64,000 nt of DNA from NCBI GenBank assembly GCA_010093745.1, contig MU005993.1:1-64000 (forward strand). The letters are read 5' to 3'. The translations under genes and the position numbers were made by a program. Every line of letters begins with the position of its first letter. The first letter of the stretch is position 1. Shown one piece after another: positions 60,197 to 64,000 of this stretch. The notes beneath the pieces are model-generated. The model searched no databases and had not been told where the DNA came from. It saw only the letters and a program-made list of their open reading frames with translations. This DNA comes from Piedraia hortae CBS 480.64 (Eukaryota).

Positions 60197-60620
60197 GAAT
60201 ATGAGAAGATGGATTTGATTGGGTGGATGGTGGAGTGGCGAGGAGTATGATGAAGAGAGAGAGGACACAAAAGTGCTTCTTGTTCGGATAGGTATGTAGC
60301 GCTGTTTGGAACTTCTTTTGACCGCTGCTCTGGGAATGTACCCTGCCACCGTTTAACATGTATGCCTCATCTTGGTCCTGGATACTTGTATACAGTCGAA
60401 CCTGGGCGTATGGGATCAATTTGGTACAGAAATTCAGTCCGCTCTGTAGTTTCTGCCGTTTCCAGTGCCCTTTATCTAGGGCTGGCTGTAGTTGTTGGGT
60501 AGCAGTATGGCAAAATGTTGCCAGCCCCAAGGTGTGAACACGTCGAAATCTTAGAATCAAGTACCATCTAGGCTGTTACTAGGGAATAGTTACGCTACGG
60601 TCATACCACTACACGCCTCA

Positions 60621-63600
60621 TTACCCGGCCCCAGGCGTCACGCTTCTATCCCGTCGACTGACAAAACGACCAAGACCTCCCTTCCGCTGACTCGCTGGCG
60701 ACTCGCTGCCAGCCATTACGCTACCAACTTCGGCTGGCAAGAACGACGTGCGCAGAACAACGGATCCGTTGCCAACCTGAACCATCTGTTCACCACCCGC
60801 CGCCTGGTCGTTGATAAAGAAGGGTGCCTCGCCCAACTTATCAGAACCAAACGTCTTGTGATCAACCACCACAACTCGAAACTGGCAATCGGCTGCACAC
60901 TGCACCTTCTTGGACTCGTTTTCGTAATTCACGGCCCCATTCTTCTGCTTGATGTGATCCGTCTTCATTACATCCTTGGGGCCCTTACCCGTGTCTTGCT
61001 GAATGTGCACCTCAAGCTTTGGATCGCCATCGAAACCCGATGCGCTGACAACGGTTATCGTAGCTGTCCCAACTTCAGCTCCACCCGGTACGCCCGACGC
61101 GTTGCCCGAGCTATGGGTTCGCTGATGACCGCTAGGAGTCGATGGAAGTTCCTTGTGGGCAGTCTCTACTGATGGGGCTACACCACCCCCTGTCGCCAAA
61201 GCTGGCATCTCCGGATCAACGACCGAGCTAGTGCCATCTAGTTCATCCTGGCCTGGAGCGCCTGAAACGGTGCGTCGCTTAAACCCTCGGCCCAAGAAAC
61301 CAGCGCCCTTGGCAACACTGCCGCCAACCAAGGCTGCCCCCTTGCCTACACCCTTCACCGGAGCTCCAATGACCTTGACGGGTGCCCCTAGAGCCCCGTT
61401 CAAAGATGCAGTGCCTTGGCGAGCGCGGGAAACAAAGCTCGGGGTGAATATCATTCTCAGACGAATCGTCCCAGATTTGCCATCCAGAGGCACGACTACT
61501 TCCTGAGGCGTCAAGGGCTCCAGCTGGGCAAGATTGATGACACCAACGCCAAGCAAGTCAGCCTTGTCACCAAAGTCCCAGTCAAATGCCGTGACCTGGA
61601 ACCGGGCAGCTGTCCGGCTGGGCACCGTCACTTCAAACGATTCGTTCCACACAGGCTGCAGCGTCTTCTTCTGCGTCTTGGTCTTGTACACATCCTTGCC
61701 GTTGAGCTGGAACTTGCAGAACGGATCTGAGAAGCCGTTTCGGTCAGCAGCCGGCAGATCGGCGCCGTCAATGACATCAACACGCAGATTGCCAGAATTG
61801 TTGATGCTTTCGCTTGGATCAAGGTCCATCTGCACCGGCAAGTATCGCGCCGACACAGTCACACGACTCTCGCGTCCAGACTTGTCTTTAAGAGAGATTG
61901 GCGTAGGAGTGTAGAGCGCCTTTCGTAGAAGGTCCAGCGCAGGTCCCACAAATTTGGCTTCCACGTTCTCGTCGCCGTCGGTGCCTTTTTTGTCAATCTT
62001 GTCTACAAGCCTCAGCGTGATGCGAGACGTGTCGATTTCACGGATCATGACATCGCCAGTTTCATTGAACGTCTGCGTTTGTTTGCGAGCCTTGGCCGTG
62101 GTGTGAGATGGGAATACTTTGTCATCAACAAGCACCTCCAGATAAGTACCCGTGTGAGCCAGTTGGGCCTCGAGGAGTTGTAAGACCATCAATCCAGACC
62201 CGTAGTGGGCCACATCTTCGGGGCCGATGCGTATCTTGGGAGGTCCTGCAGGAGCCTCTGTCTCCGCAAGCGCCTGTGCCTGAGCTTCGGCTGCTGCGGC
62301 CTTGGAATCAGCCTTATCATCAGCCTTGGGATGAGCCTTGGGATCGGTCTGGACAGATGACGTCTCGGCCGCCTTCTTCTTTTCCTCCTCCACCTCTTCC
62401 GGATCGGCCACGTTTAAGCAGGGGTAAAAGGCAACGCTGAAGTTCAGAGTGCCCTTCGGCGTGCCCGAGCCGATACGCAGCGGAGCAGCAATCATCTTGT
62501 TCTTGGTATCACACGGGGCATATTGTCCCTCTCGCAGCTCCTTGACGTAGTCGGCAGCCGAGACTTCAAGCTGCCCGAGCGTACGGTCTTTGCCCGTAGT
62601 TTCCTCGTCCATGACCTCGACAACGAGCTTTTCACGGGTCGAATGAACAGGAATATAAAACACTTCGTCCCACTCAGGGCTCAAATTGTTTTGGAACGTT
62701 AACGTCCGGGCTGCCTCAATGCCGGACAAAAGAATGCGGGCGTAGGGATCAGACTTGCCAAACGCTTCGGCATTCTTCAGGTCCTTGGCGGACTTCATGT
62801 AGAAACGCATCACCCCAATCGGCGTCACGTAGCCACCACCGCTGCCCATAGCACCCTTGAGGGCTACGGGCTTCCACTGCAACATCATCTTGACCCGCCC
62901 CGTCTTGGCCCCGGCAATATTGTACCATTCCTGTCCTTTGCTCATGAGGTCGAGCATGTCGTCCACCTTAATCTGGTAGGTGCCCAAGATGGGGTCAGCC
63001 GCCAAGTCACGGTCGTCCTTGATCACCACCCCGAGCTTCGCCCTCTTGCGGTCCGTGATAAGGATGTCCTTGCTCGCGTCGGGCCAAATGGGGTTGTTTG
63101 TACGCTTCAGTTTCTTTGACACCTGCACCTCCTTGCCATTCAGCAACAAAACGGCATACGGATTGAGTGCGCCAATTAAAGACTTGGAGCCGTCCAAATC
63201 CTTGGCTTGCTCAACTGTGAATTTCGCAATACCCGTGGAGCTCTCTGGCGGCGGAATGACTGTACCGTCCTCCATCTTTTGGCCCTCAAGCACTGGGAAG
63301 AAGCGAATGTCGGCCTGCACTACTCCGCGAGCCCGTCCCGAAGCAATGACCTCCAGCTGCAGATTCTCGTGCTGAGGCTGGGCTTCCAGCTGGTCGAGAT
63401 TGAAGGTGCACACACCCAGCGACTTGTCCTTGCGCATGTCATTGTAATCCCACACCTGGATGGTAAGCGGCTCACGCAAGCTGCTGAGAATGATGTTGAC
63501 AGTCTCGTTCCAGCGAGGGCTGGCGTTCTCAGGCACCGTCTTGGTCTTGGCGAGCACGTCACGGTTGTTAATACTGACGGTAGCATAGGGATCAGGAGTG

Positions 63601-64000
63601 CCTGAGAACTTGTCGGGGTTCTTGAGTCCAGCGGCACCGTGGAACGTGACCTGCAGGACGCCAATAGCCTGATCAACAGCCGTACCAGCCAACATCTTGG
63701 CAATTTCGATGGGGAACACATTTGGATCGTACATCATCGGGGCCAGATTGGCATGTATCTGCTCTTGAATGAAGCTCTCCAATCCCGGGATGAAGTTGAT
63801 ATCAAAACCAAGCATATCGCCGCCAATGGGCTTACAAACATAGTCGAACTTGGGACGGCCCAAGAAGCAGATCTCGACACGCTCAATGTGCGGGAACGGG
63901 AGTTGCAGCTTCATCTTGACGCGCATTGTGCCCTCGCAGGCCATATCTTCTACAATGATATCCATACCCTTCGAAATCATGGCCTTGCCAATGCGCACTT
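60621..64000 (-). CDS. Tricalbin (SMP plus multiple C2 domains); 5' part outside the window
   Basis: End of the SMP domain (FDINFIPGLESFIQEQIHANLAPMMY) and several C2 domains (DPYA, SDPFC, WNESF). Confidence 0.93.
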   Translation of the reverse strand, partial: VRIGKAMISKGMDIIVEDMACEGTMRVKMKLQLPFPHIERVEICFLGRPKFDYVCKPIGGDMLGFDINFIPGLESFIQEQIHANLAPMMYDPNVFPIEIAKMLAGTAVDQAIGVLQVTFHGAAGLKNPDKFSGTPDPYATVSINNRDVLAKTKTVPENASPRWNETVNIILSSLREPLTIQVWDYNDMRKDKSLGVCTFNLDQLEAQPQHENLQLEVIASGRARGVVQADIRFFPVLEGQKMEDGTVIPPPESSTGIAKFTVEQAKDLDGSKSLIGALNPYAVLLLNGKEVQVSKKLKRTNNPIWPDASKDILITDRKRAKLGVVIKDDRDLAADPILGTYQIKVDDMLDLMSKGQEWYNIAGAKTGRVKMMLQWKPVALKGAMGSGGGYVTPIGVMRFYMKSAKDLKNAEAFGKSDPYARILLSGIEAARTLTFQNNLSPEWDEVFYIPVHSTREKLVVEVMDEETTGKDRTLGQLEVSAADYVKELREGQYAPCDTKNKMIAAPLRIGSGTPKGTLNFSVAFYPCLNVADPEEVEEEKKKAAETSSVQTDPKAHPKADDKADSKAAAAEAQAQALAETEAPAGPPKIRIGPEDVAHYGSGLMVLQLLEAQLAHTGTYLEVLVDDKVFPSHTTAKARKQTQTFNETGDVMIREIDTSRITLRLVDKIDKKGTDGDENVEAKFVGPALDLLRKALYTPTPISLKDKSGRESRVTVSARYLPVQMDLDPSESINNSGNLRVDVIDGADLPAADRNGFSDPFCKFQLNGKDVYKTKTQKKTLQPVWNESFEVTVPSRTAARFQVTAFDWDFGDKADLLGVGVINLAQLEPLTPQEVVVPLDGKSGTIRLRMIFTPSFVSRARQGTASLNGALGAPVKVIGAPVKGVGKGAALVGGSVAKGAGFLGRGFKRRTVSGAPGQDELDGTSSVVDPEMPALATGGGVAPSVETAHKELPSTPSGHQRTHSSGNASGVPGGAEVGTATITVVSASGFDGDPKLEVHIQQDTGKGPKDVMKTDHIKQKNGAVNYENESKKVQCAADCQFRVVVVDHKTFGSDKLGEAPFFINDQAAGGEQMVQVGNGSVVLRTSFLPAEVGSVMAGSESPASQRKGGLGRFVSRRDRSVTPGAG

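Overview
Filamentous-ascomycete (probably Dothideomycete-like, inferred) nuclear DNA with compact gene packing and short introns, mostly 44-60 nt. About 20 recognisable conserved genes are present, including a CBM20 secreted protein, Nudix hydrolase, FLC/TRP-like channel, DUF2231, Ted1-like phosphoesterase, Y14, USP, mitochondrial uL5, NIPA transporter, SHB17-like phosphatase, APRT, ZNF207-like, methyltransferase, laccase, FYVE-RING, STI1, FolB-like, UGP1, arrestin and tricalbin. Three accessory islands interrupt them. (1) ~9.2-22 kb holds a LINE gag relic, three decayed paralogs of a caspase-like (GHG/DCC) family sharing an upstream motif, a copia relic with an LTR, and a WD40 relic. (2) ~38-45.3 kb holds a tandem array of an apparently orphan two-gene unit: a ~490-aa + strand gene (A) head-to-head with a ~170-aa - strand gene (B), whose start codons overlap in a shared CATG in two of three units; the units are in different states of decay. 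(3) ~46.7-48.8 kb holds retroelement debris. Also notable is an 8-exon gene fusing two BED-like zinc fingers to a degenerate TenA-like domain. All family assignments come from motifs recognised by eye; no database searches were run.
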